DNA of 64,000 nucleotides, taken from assembly GCA_001643675.2 (NCBI GenBank), contig LSRY02000004.1, positions 1,364,001-1,428,000 of the forward strand, written 5' to 3'. The stretch comes from Monocercomonoides exilis PA203. Lineage: Eukaryota; Protista; Preaxostyla. Positions within the stretch are counted from its first letter, which is position 1; each line of letters begins with the position of its first letter. This document shows positions 1-10,403 of the stretch, piece by piece. The notes under the pieces are model-generated. The model saw only the letters and a program-made list of their open reading frames with translations, had not been told where the DNA came from and did not search any database. Both the position numbers and the translations under genes were made by a program.

Positions 1-1
1 A

Positions 2-136
2 GGAGAAGGAGAGAGAGGGCAAGTTGCACAGCTGCAGAGGATGCTGAAGATGAAAGAGGACGAAAATGAGAGGTTGAAGGAGCATAACGAACAGTTGATG
101 AAGATGCTGAATCAGTTGAAAGGAACTAGGAATTAG
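2..136 (+). CDS. 3' end of a gene entering from the left; coiled-coil-like C-terminus
   Basis: Open frame GEGERGQVAQLQRMLKMKEDENERLKEHNEQLMKMLNQLKGTRN* ending TAG at 134-136; purine-rich coding-like composition followed by AT-rich sequence. Confidence 0.6.
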   Translation, partial: GEGERGQVAQLQRMLKMKEDENERLKEHNEQLMKMLNQLKGTRN

Positions 137-929
137 AGAGATATCCCACTGAGGATATGGGATTGTATTCTAAAAAATGAATTTGTTTCAAAGAGAGAAA
201 GAGAGAGAGAGAGAAAAGTAATTTTATAAGATTGCTGAATTTTTTACATGCAAATTGAACCGGTTCTCTGTTAGCAGCGAATATGGAAATTAAGCAGAAT
301 TATTTTTCATCACCAAAAACTGTATTTATTTGATTTCACAGAAATGAATAAAGGATATCTGTTCTATTAAAAGATAAGCACCGTTTTTAATCCTTTTTGT
401 TTATTTATTTTTTTTCAGAACTTTTTTCTGTTGTTGCTATTTCTAATTTCATTCACTTTGAATACATATTTTATCTTCTGCTTTTATTTTCCCAATTCAC
501 TTTTCTGAGGATAATGTTCGTCTCGTGGCAACATCAGACTTTCTGAAACCCCTTTTTCTTTTTGCATTCTTGAGAAGTTAAAGCTCAAAGCTAATCAATC
601 AACCAATCACCGTTCATTATTTATAGAATTTGAGTAAATTACAAAAGGAAAAAAAATATTCAATTTGTTTTGGTTTAGTCATGATACTTTTTTAAAATCA
701 TTCATAAAAAGTGTTGAAAACACATACTAACAATTGTAATGAATTGATCGTAATGGTTAAATACAAAGTATTATACTCATGCTCAACATGCTATTTTAGC
801 AAGTGTAATTCCACATTTTGCAATGGCGTTGCACGAAGGAGATTGTTAAAATTCCAAATGATTTGAATATTGCTAAAGGGCTTAGGAAACAGGGAATGTA
901 TTTTCTGTGCCAACAAGCTTTCCCTAATG

Positions 930-2233
930 TCATGCGTCCTCGCTTGCCTCGATTGGATATTTACCTTCAAAAAATATCTCGTTGATGACTCTTCCAACAC
1001 AGCACTCCATGTTTGACCAGCTCAAAACTCGCTTGGCTGCTTTTTTTGCTTCGTCACATGAATTAGAAGGAGCAAAGCTCAAGCCGCAGTCACGGAGCTA
1101 ATTGAAGAAATTGAGATACATTGAATAAAATTTGGGTGATAATGATTATTAGTGTTTCATCAGAAAAATTTGTTGAAAAAAAAATGAATTGAAAGCGCAA
1201 TAAAAATATTGATGATTCCAAAAGATAAATCGATTCGTTTATTAATTAAAACAAGAGATTTATAATTCATAATGACAAACCATTTGAACATCATTCTCTC
1301 CATCTCCAATTGAAACAACTTCATCCATTTTGCATTTGAGTCTTTCGCTGCAGAGCCATTGAAGAGCATCGCTCTTTGTTCCCTTTGCAGGAAGAACTTC
1401 ACAACAAAAAGGAAGATACACTGCAAGTCTGCTATCTTTGGGTATCAGAGCATTCATTTCTGGAAATATTCTGAGAAAAGTTTAATCCACAAAAATTTAA
1501 GAAAAAAAAAGAAAGAAAATACTTTTTGGAAACAAGTTCGACTGTTTCTGAAATAAGAAGTTTTCTTGGATGCTCCTCTGCGCAAAGCTTTTTCATTTCA
1601 TCATAATTAACAATCAAACTCTATAATAACAAAAAGTTACAAAAAGAATTAATATCAATCACAAAGCACCTGCAGAGTTGAGCTTTCAATGTGTCTCATG
1701 TGAACATCGTTATTTTTTGTACTGACAACGTATTTTCCTTTGTAAAACAATTCTATATGAAAATATCTTCAATGGAATTGCTGAAGCGAATAATTGTCAA
1801 ACCAATGCAATACTCATTCTTTTCGCAATACTCAATAACAATATTAATAGCTTCATCAGAAAGTGAAATGCAATGAATTACTTCTCCATTTTCGACTGAT
1901 GCAATCTCGCATCCGCAAGATCCTTCAAAATGAAAGCTTTCAAAAAAACAATTTTCAAGAAAATATCCATACCAATTGCAAAACAGTTACCAGTTCTTAA
2001 GCCATATTTCGCAAATTTCAATGCAACGTCATAGCACGAACGCCCTGTTACAATAAAAACATTCAAATAAACGTATACAAAAGATCCACACCACTACAAA
2101 AAACGACATCGACTCCTGCTTCCTGCAGTTTCTGCAACATTTTCATATCGTACTCAGCAACAGTTCTATCATTTCTGTGTAATGTATCATCCAAATCTGT
2201 TGCAAATACTTTGTAACGGCAATCCAATGACAT
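930..2233 (-). CDS. Cof-type HAD-IIB family hydrolase/phosphatase, 7 exons
   Basis: Spliced by eye: MSLDCRYKVFATDLDDTL (motif I), VVFCSGR (motif II, across intron 1), EVLPAKGTKSDAL (motif III Lys), VVSIGDGENDVQML (motif IV), then GLSFAPSNSCDEAKKAA...SNMECCVG; six GT-AG introns keep the frame; TGA at 930-932. Confidence 0.85.
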
Positions 2234-2797
2234 TTTAAACAAATTAAAATTTCACAAAAATTAAAATAAATATTTATTTCTGTCAAGTTGATCAAACAAA
2301 TACAATTAAAAACGCAAAGCCCACATTGGAAATCGAATTTTTTTGCATTTAAATATTTGAAATTTTTAAAAAAATTCAAATTTTGAAAAAAAATTCAAAA
2401 AATTTTTTCTCTTTTATACAAAAAATTCGAAAAATCAGCCTTTCAAAAGATAAATGATTATTTCTCTAAAAAGAATTGAAAACAAATGGATACTTGCATC
2501 GTGCACTTTTTTTTAATAAAATAACTTTCATTTTGTTACAAACACCGTACAAAGACTTTTAAACATAAAATGAAATTCATGACTTCAAACAAAAAAACAA
2601 ATAAATAAATTACAAATAAAAAATAATGCTTTATCGTCATTCAATTTTGTTCAAAATATTAACTAGATAAATTATAAACTCAGCTTAACAAAAATGTTTG
2701 ACAATATTTGAAAACAACTTGAAATAATTGTGGATGAAAAATAATTTAAAAAATCAAAAAATAAAATTATGTGAAAATACTAATGAAATTAAAAATT

Positions 2798-2881
2798 TGG
2801 GGGCAGGGAGGCTCGAACTCCCGACCTTAAGCTTTCCCAGCGATTATGAGACTTACGCGCTACCGGCTGCGCTATGCCCCC
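2798..2881 (-). tRNA. tRNA-Met(CAT), elongator type, with 11-nt intron (2834-2844)
   Basis: Acceptor stem GGGGGCA/TGCCCCC, D arm GCGCAGCCGGTAGCGC, anticodon loop CT-CAT-A then intron ATCGCTGGGAA, T loop TTCGAGC; G1-C72 pair; T-run terminator downstream. Confidence 0.93.
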
Positions 2882-3132
2882 TTGTTGCAAAGAGCTGTTG
2901 AGAACTGATAATAGCGTATTGCTCATTGTTTGATTTGAATTGTGAATATTTTGAAATTTTATTGAAACATTTTTAATGTTGTTTTTTAAAAATTTTTGTT
3001 GAATGCAAATTTTCAAAGCTGAACAACAAAATCACTAAAACAATTTGTTAGCGTTTGATTTGTTGAGTCATAGATCTTTCTTGTTTGATAATAACTAAAA
3101 ATAGAAATATGTTTTTCACTCGTCGATTCATT

Positions 3133-3478
3133 GGTACTTTCCCAATAGGTGGACATAACCCTTAATAAATATATTTTTCTGTGAAAATCACAATAATTAT
3201 GAATTAAAAATTTGTTAATAAACTGCTTAACATATTGTATATAGCTCTAATGATCACTTTGTTAAGTATTTTTTGATGCTTTTCAATTTTGAGATCTTTC
3301 AAATGAATATATCTTAGGGTTTGAGTTGATAAAAGTGCAACTGAAGTACAATAATATTTGTTAATGTTTATATAAAGCTGTTTCATTAGGTCTATTTTGG
3401 TTTTTAGGGTTTTTATTAAGAAAATAATAACCTAAAAAATAACTATTTAGGGTTATGTCCACCTATTGGGATTGTACC
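3133..3478. mobile_element. 346-bp MITE with 35-bp TIRs and 8-bp target site duplication (Merlin- or Mutator-like)
   Basis: Left GGTACTTTCCCAATAGGTGGACATAACCCTTAATA matches the reverse complement of the right end with 3 mismatches; GATTCATT flanks both sides (3125-3132, 3479-3486). Confidence 0.88.
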
Positions 3479-3949
3479 GATTCATTGAAGCAAAATGGAA
3501 ATTTATTAAGGTAGCATATTTTTGGAACTATCCCAGAACTTTCAGAAAACATGCTGTGAACTTAACGATAAGTGATCAGATTTAAAATGATGAAAATGAA
3601 ATTTCTTTGCGGATATTCAAGTTTATTTTTGTCAAATGTCAATGAAAAGTTTTGATTTACAAAAGTGTAGAAATTTGGATTTGGAGCTTATCTTTTGCAA
3701 CAACCCCTAAGATGCACATCTCCTTCATTATTTAAACGGATTGAATGAATAATTTGGAGATTTAGATACGCTTACATATTGAGATTTTTTTCAAAAAGTA
3801 TTGACTCAAATTGAGAGGGTTAATATAAACGATGCAGCGGATAAAATGCAACTAACAATTATCATAATTATCTTTGCTCCTTTTCCAAAAAAAAAGTTTG
3901 TTTTACATTGCTACATCATTGCCAAAATTAACCATCTGATGCATTTTTG

Positions 3950-5000
3950 AGGCATTGTGTTACGAATTATTCAACGAGTTGACTTCCACCCTATCTCTTT
4001 CACATGGATTTTCTTCTTACAACAATCTGTATTCTGTGACTTCTCTATCTCTTCTTGCTGATTCTCCTTTCTTTTTCCTGTCTGGCACCGAAGGAGAAGG
4101 AAATTGGAAAAGCAACAGAATGGCAGAGTTTCGCATGACAAGGAGAGAAGAAAGTGGCCAAAGAAGCAACAACTTTCTTTCATATTGCAGCAAATTACGT
4201 AAATTCCTGCATCTTCCACAATCATTCCACGTATGATAACAAGCAGGCTTCACCAGATGCGTATGTGCTCCTAATTCTCCAACCAGATGTCAGCGCTGTC
4301 TGTGACGCAGAGATCATAGCCATCAAATGTTGTATGTCTGATGATTGAGAACGTATGGTTGTTGAATCTTCTATGTCTGAGTAGGATTATGAGCTTCAGA
4401 CGCTTTGGCGATTGTGTGGATCTTGTGTTCAATGTGATGGTGAATAGTTCACTCTACGTTATCTTACGAACAAAAAAGAAAGGAAGCACTAGGATTTGCA
4501 GCTCTGGTAAAAGTGGTGGCGGAGCAAACAACACATATAAAAAACTCATCGCAATCATTTTCGTTGGAATCATTTCCACTTCAGCGAAAGCACAATTCAA
4601 TAATCAAATGCAATAAAGGCACACTACTCATCTTGAAGAAATTGAAAGCGAGTTCAAGATTCATTTGCATATGATTCTGTATTTGAGCGTCATTTTTGCA
4701 GGAAATCTTTGGTAGAGTCCAGCATTGACGTATGGCTGATAAAGGAGCTTGGACGAATAGGAAAACCTACTAGAAAGAAATGGTAGAAAACGAATGATAT
4801 TCGTTAGATTACATATGGAAGTACAATCCCAGAGAAGAGGAGAAGATAAAAATATAGAAGACAGTTGCCAATGATAAGAAAGAGAGAAGTTATACTTGAA
4901 GGGATGTGAATCCTTAAAATATGTTGATACAATAAATGTTAATGTTGGTGAGGAAGCAGCTAATTGGAAAAATGTATCGAAAAAATGACGAAGAATCAAA
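3950..5000 (+). pseudogene. Possible degraded coding fragment
   Basis: Higher GC than the flanks, broken short ORFs, one C-S-x-x-x-S-GGG-A motif (RICSSGKSGGGAN) resembling the beta-helix surface-protein repeats; no spliceable gene found. Confidence 0.25.
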
Positions 5001-5471
5001 AAAGAACGAGTTTAATCCTCAAAGCATCACAACATCGAACCATCTCATACAAACAGTATTTTTTCACTCAGCACATCTTATTGTCAAATGAAGTAGTGCG
5101 CATAACTCATTAAACTCGTTTTCCACATTTCCAGGAACAAAAATTGTGAATTAATAAAACAATAATTCAAAATATGAAATTTTAATTATTTTTAAATATT
5201 TAATCAAAGGTCTCTGTTTAATCCAATTCCTATACATTTAAAAAGTAAATAAATTCGATTTTTAAATCATTTCAAACTGTTAAACATGAAAAAATTATCA
5301 TAGAATTTAATTAAAACAATAAATATGGGTATGTGATGAACTTTCAGGTTTATAAGGAAAAGAGACCAAAATTCAACATTGGATTTCATAACATGAAAAA
5401 AAAGCGAAAATAGTAATAATGAAAATAAACCAAATAAACTTTTTGCAATGTTATCGATGTGGAAAAAAGAA

Positions 5472-5544
5472 AGCCTCAACGGAGAATCGAACTCCGGACC
5501 TCTTGCTTACTAGGCAAGCGCTCTGCCAACTAAGCCATTGAGGC
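5472..5544 (-). tRNA. tRNA-Thr(AGT)
   Basis: GCCTCAATGGCTTAGTTGGCAGAGCGCTTGCCTAGTAAGCAAGAGGTCCGGAGTTCGATTCTCCGTTGAGGCT folds as a 73-nt cloverleaf; anticodon stem CTTGC/GCAAG; T6 terminator downstream. Confidence 0.95.
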
Positions 5545-5969
5545 AACTTGTGAAACCTTTTTAAATTACATATATTTAACAACTACTATTATTTCTTCAA
5601 AAATCTTGTGTTTTTACAAAAAAAACTTTTTTTGATTGAAAGAATATTTCTTTAATTTCTTTATTTTTGTGAAATATCTTTTGTGAAAAAGTATTTGTGA
5701 AAATGAAATTTGAATTTTTGAATCACAATAAAAATTCCACTCACGAAATTTCATAAAAAAATAAATAGAATAGCAAGAATAAGTATTTTTTTTAATAATG
5801 GTGAAATTTGGTGAATTGGAATGAAAATTCAGAGAAATTTACAAATTATCATTTTCTCATGAATTTTAAACAGATGGAACATATTAAGAATTTATGTCAT
5901 TTCATTTATTGAAAGATAATTTAATAGTTCGAAATTACTAAATTTTAAAATTCTGGGAATAAAAATTTA

Positions 5970-7287
5970 CTGTCTGTCCCAAAAAATGTTGATTTGCCCT
6001 TTTTTAATGTCGATCATACCATCAACAATATTTGAAATGCCACCCAATATTCATAAGAGTTCATAAAACTGTGAGTATTTTATGTGAGTTTATCCTTTGA
6101 AAAGTTGCTCGTGTTTATAACTTGTGCAGAAATTAATCTGAATTAATATGCCACCTGATATTGTTTGCTTTTTATCTTTTTTATCATATAATTTAGTTGG
6201 TAATTATATTTTTTCTATATTTATCAAACAATGCAGTATAAAACAAATTGTTGGTGAAAAACTAATAATGTGTCAATAAATATGAGATTTATATCGAAAA
6301 GAAGACCGATATTTTGCAAAAAATGAAAACAGGAAATAGAACTTTATCCCGGCTCTGCAAATGATATGTGCATTGATAGCAAATTAATTTATGATTTCTT
6401 CCAATATTTGGCAATTAATTTTCGACTTCACCTATTTTCAAAATGAACATCTGTGTGCAATGTAGTGAAAACTGCATTTTTATGAGAACTTTATTTTGCT
6501 GGATCAAAGCTTTTATTGTTTTTATAGACCGTTGATTCGTTGAAATTCTATCTGTCAATATGTATTCAAGCTTTTCAAAAAGATTAATTCTTGGCTATTA
6601 AGTTTTTTGTTTTATGTGTTTATTTTCATGCGATTCTCATCTTATTTAAGAAGAATAAAACTTATATATTTTATTTCATATATATAAATTAAGAATCGAA
6701 ACATAAAACAGCATTCAAATAAATACACGATCGTATTTTTATCAAGAATTTATTTTTCGTTTCATTTTTCTCAACAAAAGCATTTCAGATAAATAAGAAT
6801 TATCAAATGACAATAAATCAATTGCATAAATATATTCTGATGCACAAATAATTGATTTGTTATATTTAAAGGAACTCAACTGAAACCAAAAAGATTAACA
6901 ACAAAATTTACTCAGTACATTTCAATAAACTTTGTCAATATCAAGCAAAAACAAAAACTGCTTCAGAAACAAAATTATCAATCCAAATAATCAGAGTTCT
7001 TCAAAATCATTCTTTTATTAGGTATCAATCGAGTGAAATTATCAATGCTGAAAATGAAAGTTGAAAAACAATATATGAAGCAGAAAAACAGGTAATATGC
7101 AAACTACAAACACTGTAAATTATGCCCACACCAAAAAAACAGCAAAAACTCAACGTTTCAACTCAAAGAATGAATTGCAATTCTCAGTTGGGCTAAAAAA
7201 TGAAAAATATGGTACGAGTTGTTTTTAATTATCATGGTATGATCGACATTTAAAAAGGACAGATCAACATTTTTTTGGGACAGATAG
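5970..7287. mobile_element. Degenerate Tc1/mariner-superfamily element, 1318 bp
   Basis: ~55-bp TIRs CT(G/A)TCTGTCCCAAAAAATGTTGAT(T/C)TG(C/T)CCTTTTT..ATGTCGATCATACCAT; TA on both flanks (5968-5969, 7288-7289); mariner-like length; no intact transposase ORF. Confidence 0.8.
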
Positions 7288-7960
7288 TATTTTGTTTGTT
7301 TGATGGATAAATTTGAAGTATTCGGAAAAAAAAATTAACAAAAAAAAAATAAATAAATAAATAAATAAATAAAAATAAAATAAAATAAAATAGAAAATTT
7401 CTAGAATTATTTGCATTTTCTTCTAATGGGGCAAAATATTTCACTTCAGGCATTTTCATTGAAAAATTATACAGTTTTCATTGACTTTTTGAGATTAAAA
7501 AACACAATAAAAATGGATTCATTCTTTGACATTCGTAAAATGTTAAAAAGCTTTATGTTTTGATTTCAACAAAGCCTGTTTACGAATATGAAAATCAAAT
7601 TTATTTTGAAATCTGAGAAAGTGAAATATAGTTATGAGTGAAGCAATTTTTCAATACCTTGTGCAAAGAATGCTTGAAAGTCCATATTTTCCCTCAAAAT
7701 TTAAAATTATCTCCCAAGTGTTCGTCATTCAAAAAAAAGAGCATCCAAAATTTTTTCAAATAAAATTATGAAGTGATAATCCCTTTTTCATTTGAACCTT
7801 TTTCTGGTTTCGAAAAAGCATTTTTGCTTTATGTTTTTTGTTGGAAAACGATACATGAAATAACAATGTCTTCTTTGATAAAAACCTTATTTCGTAAAAA
7901 CCTTTTCTGATTTAATATCTCATAAGTGTTCATTTTTTATACAAATACAATATCGAAAAC

Positions 7961-7979
7961 ACAACAACAACAACAACAA

Positions 7980-8010
<31 letters not shown>
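7961..8010 (+). repeat. (CAA)n microsatellite followed by an A30 run
   Basis: Directly visible. Confidence 0.85.
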
Positions 8011-8012
<2 letters not shown>

Positions 8013-8159
8013 GTTTTATAATATTGAGTGGAACATAATTCATAAAGCACAAAGTTCTTTATAAAAATTTTCATAATCAGAATAAAGATTAATTGCATCG
8101 TAACTGAAAATGAAAATGATAATGAAATGATGTGTTGATTATTATTCAAAAAAAGAAAA

Positions 8160-9177
8160 ATTTATTTCCATATAGGTGATAATTTTTGAAGCCCTAACAC
8201 TTCTGTCAATATTTTCGTTTTGAATATTTGTTATGAAAATCCATCAATGAATCCTGAAAAGTGATTTATCTATTTAATGATGCCTCAACTATTATATCAA
8301 GACAAATTTTTGCTTTTGAAACGAAAGATAAATACTTAATATTTTGAATGAAGATGAAATAGTGAAAGAAAATAAATTTTTATTGTAATAGATACTCTGA
8401 AAAAAGTTATGATTTCAATAATAATCACCAATATTGGTGATTATTATTGAAATCATAACTATTTTAAGGAGTGCTGATTCAATGAAGGTTTCAAAACAAA
8501 TGAAAGGATTTTTTCATTCAAGAGAAAAATGAATGAGAATTATTAAAAACGACGATGTTCGTGGTTGTGTAAATGAAAAAAGAATCTTTGAAAATAACAA
8601 AAACTTCAAAGTTGTTATTCATCAATATTCAAATTGAATTCTCAATCCGAAATTTGTGACAGAGATAATATGGATTCAAAGATATTCATCCATTTGTTGT
8701 TTATAATTGGGAAGAGATTATGTGTACAAATTGTTTATTTATCACAACAGTTTTTGACACAAATGTTTTTGCTCAAAGATATTTGACGGTATCTTTAATA
8801 AGTCTTTTCATTTTTCAGTGTTCTTTTGTTGATTTTTAAGGGATAATTTCTAACCGAAATTTTAGAATGGATAAACATGATCTTATAAACAATCACCCAT
8901 ATCCACAACTTCATAAACAAAAGTGTTTTAATTTTTGAATCCATATTTTCTTACTCAATAATTTCGGTTTGACAATAACATTAGAGTTTTTATGAATGAA
9001 CACGAAAAAGTTATCTCTCCTTTCTAAGATAATGTCTTCATGTTTATCATCTCTTTCATTGTCATTTGAAACAATTATAATGCTTTCTGCAGAAAAATGA
9101 ATAACACAACTTCAAAGAAATAAAACTTTCGAAGAAATAACATTCCGAAAATAGTTATGATTTCAAAAATAATTACT
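8160..9177. repeat. Three diverged ~270-300-bp repeat units (-,+,-) containing a perfect 56-bp palindrome at 8405-8460; probably long-TIR transposon remnants
   Basis: Units begin (G/A)GT(G/A)ATTATT(A/T)TTGAAATCATAACT (8429 minus, 8436 plus, 9177 minus) and share an internal CAA..CGAAA...(T/G)G(A/C)TTCAAA block. Confidence 0.7.
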
Positions 9178-9397
9178 TTCATTCACTATACATTTAATCC
9201 TTCATTTTTCTTCTTTCTTTCTTTCTTTCTTTAAAACATATGGAATTTTTTAGTAACAATTCAAACTCGAATTAAAGAAAGATTTTCATAGGATGAAAAA
9301 TATATAATTCATCGTTTTTGAAATTTATCAAAAATATTCGAATTATGAAGAAGAATCGAATGTTTTATTTCATCATTCATTCAATCAATAAACAATT

Positions 9398-10001
9398 CAG
9401 TTTGCGCAAAAAATACCGGACAAGATTGATTTCACAATAACTGCTTGAGGAATAATACTGACAATTTTCCTCAAAATATATCTCATCAATACAAACTCAT
9501 TTGATTCACAAAACTTTCAAAATAGCTTCATTTGTGTACAGAAATAAATTATTATAAAAATCTCGGAGAAATTGGATTTTGAGTTTCTCAGAGTTTTTAA
9601 TTATCATTTTTTTCTGAGCATTAACAAGGAAGTTATGAAAGTTTGATATGGGTCATTCTTTTTGAAAAGTCGCAAATGTTTAATATTCAAATAAATCAAA
9701 AATTTCATATCTTGATCAAATTTCGGTTCCCGCTCATGTAACTTTACCAAAGCGGAGGATATAATTTGACAATGCTATTTGACACATTCCTGTGAAGTTG
9801 TATGAGCGGGAACCGAAAAATGATCAAGATATGAAATTTTTGATTTATTTGAATATTAAACATTTGCGACTTTTCAAAAAGAATCACCCATATGACAAAT
9901 AAGTTAGTATTGATGAGATATATTTTGAGGAAAATTGTCAGAATTATTCCTCTTGCGGTTATTGAGAAATCGATCTTGTCCGGTATTTTTTGCTCAAACT
10001 G
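9398..10001. mobile_element. Foldback/MITE with ~205-bp inverted arms and Tc1-like CAGTTTG termini
   Basis: 9398-9502 plus 9646-9744 is the near-exact reverse complement of 9795-10001; TA follows the right end, TT precedes the left end. Confidence 0.82.
9508..9645. mobile_element. ~140-bp hairpin MITE nested in the left arm of the foldback element
   Basis: Absent from the right arm; own imperfect inverted ends CAAAACTTTCAAAATAGCTTC / GAAGTTATGAAAGTTTG and inner inverted AAAAATCTCGGAGAAA / TTTCTCAGAGTTTTT. Confidence 0.6.
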
Positions 10002-10140
10002 TATTGTTTTCTTTTTTCGCTCAAAATACACAATCATTCAGAAAAAAGGTATTTTCATTTTATCATTATTGAAACCTTTTTTAAAAAGCACATTAAATAA
10101 TATTTCCTAAACTTTAACAAAAGTTTCAAAAATAACAATT

Positions 10141-10326
10141 ATATGGGGCAAAATTTTTTCATTTATGAAAAAAACAACGATTTGTTCCATTCTTTTTCTT
10201 TAACAATATCATTATAAGTCTTTCATTCCCATGAATAATAATGAAGAAAATGAATGCAAATGAAAAAAAAAATTTGTAAGTGTAGAATGGAACAAAATTT
10301 ATAAAACAACATATTTCGCCCCATAT
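10141..10326 (+). promoter_or_regulatory. ~185-bp inverted-repeat-bounded element (MITE-like), copy 1, 77 bp upstream of the surface-receptor ATG
   Basis: Outer IR ATATGGGGC(A/G)AAAT, inner IR TTTGTTCCATTCT/AGAATGGAACAAA; homologous end to end to 36611-36794; the regulatory role is inferred. Confidence 0.6.
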
Positions 10327-10403
10327 TTAAAAAATTTTTTGATCAAATTAACCAATACAAATGCATTAGGCTTTTATCTTACGTTTTTTGTTTGTTAGAC
10401 AAA

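Noticed and set aside
7981-8010. A30 run as a retroelement poly(A) tail
   Set aside because: No TSD or upstream SINE/LINE body recognisable; it adjoins a (CAA)n microsatellite
9744-10110. Short ORFs on both strands in the foldback element
   Set aside because: Lie inside non-coding inverted repeats; no transposase motifs
8160-10326. Possible CRISPR-like or tandem array
   Set aside because: Repeats are inverted and irregular, with no constant repeat-spacer period; the context is eukaryotic
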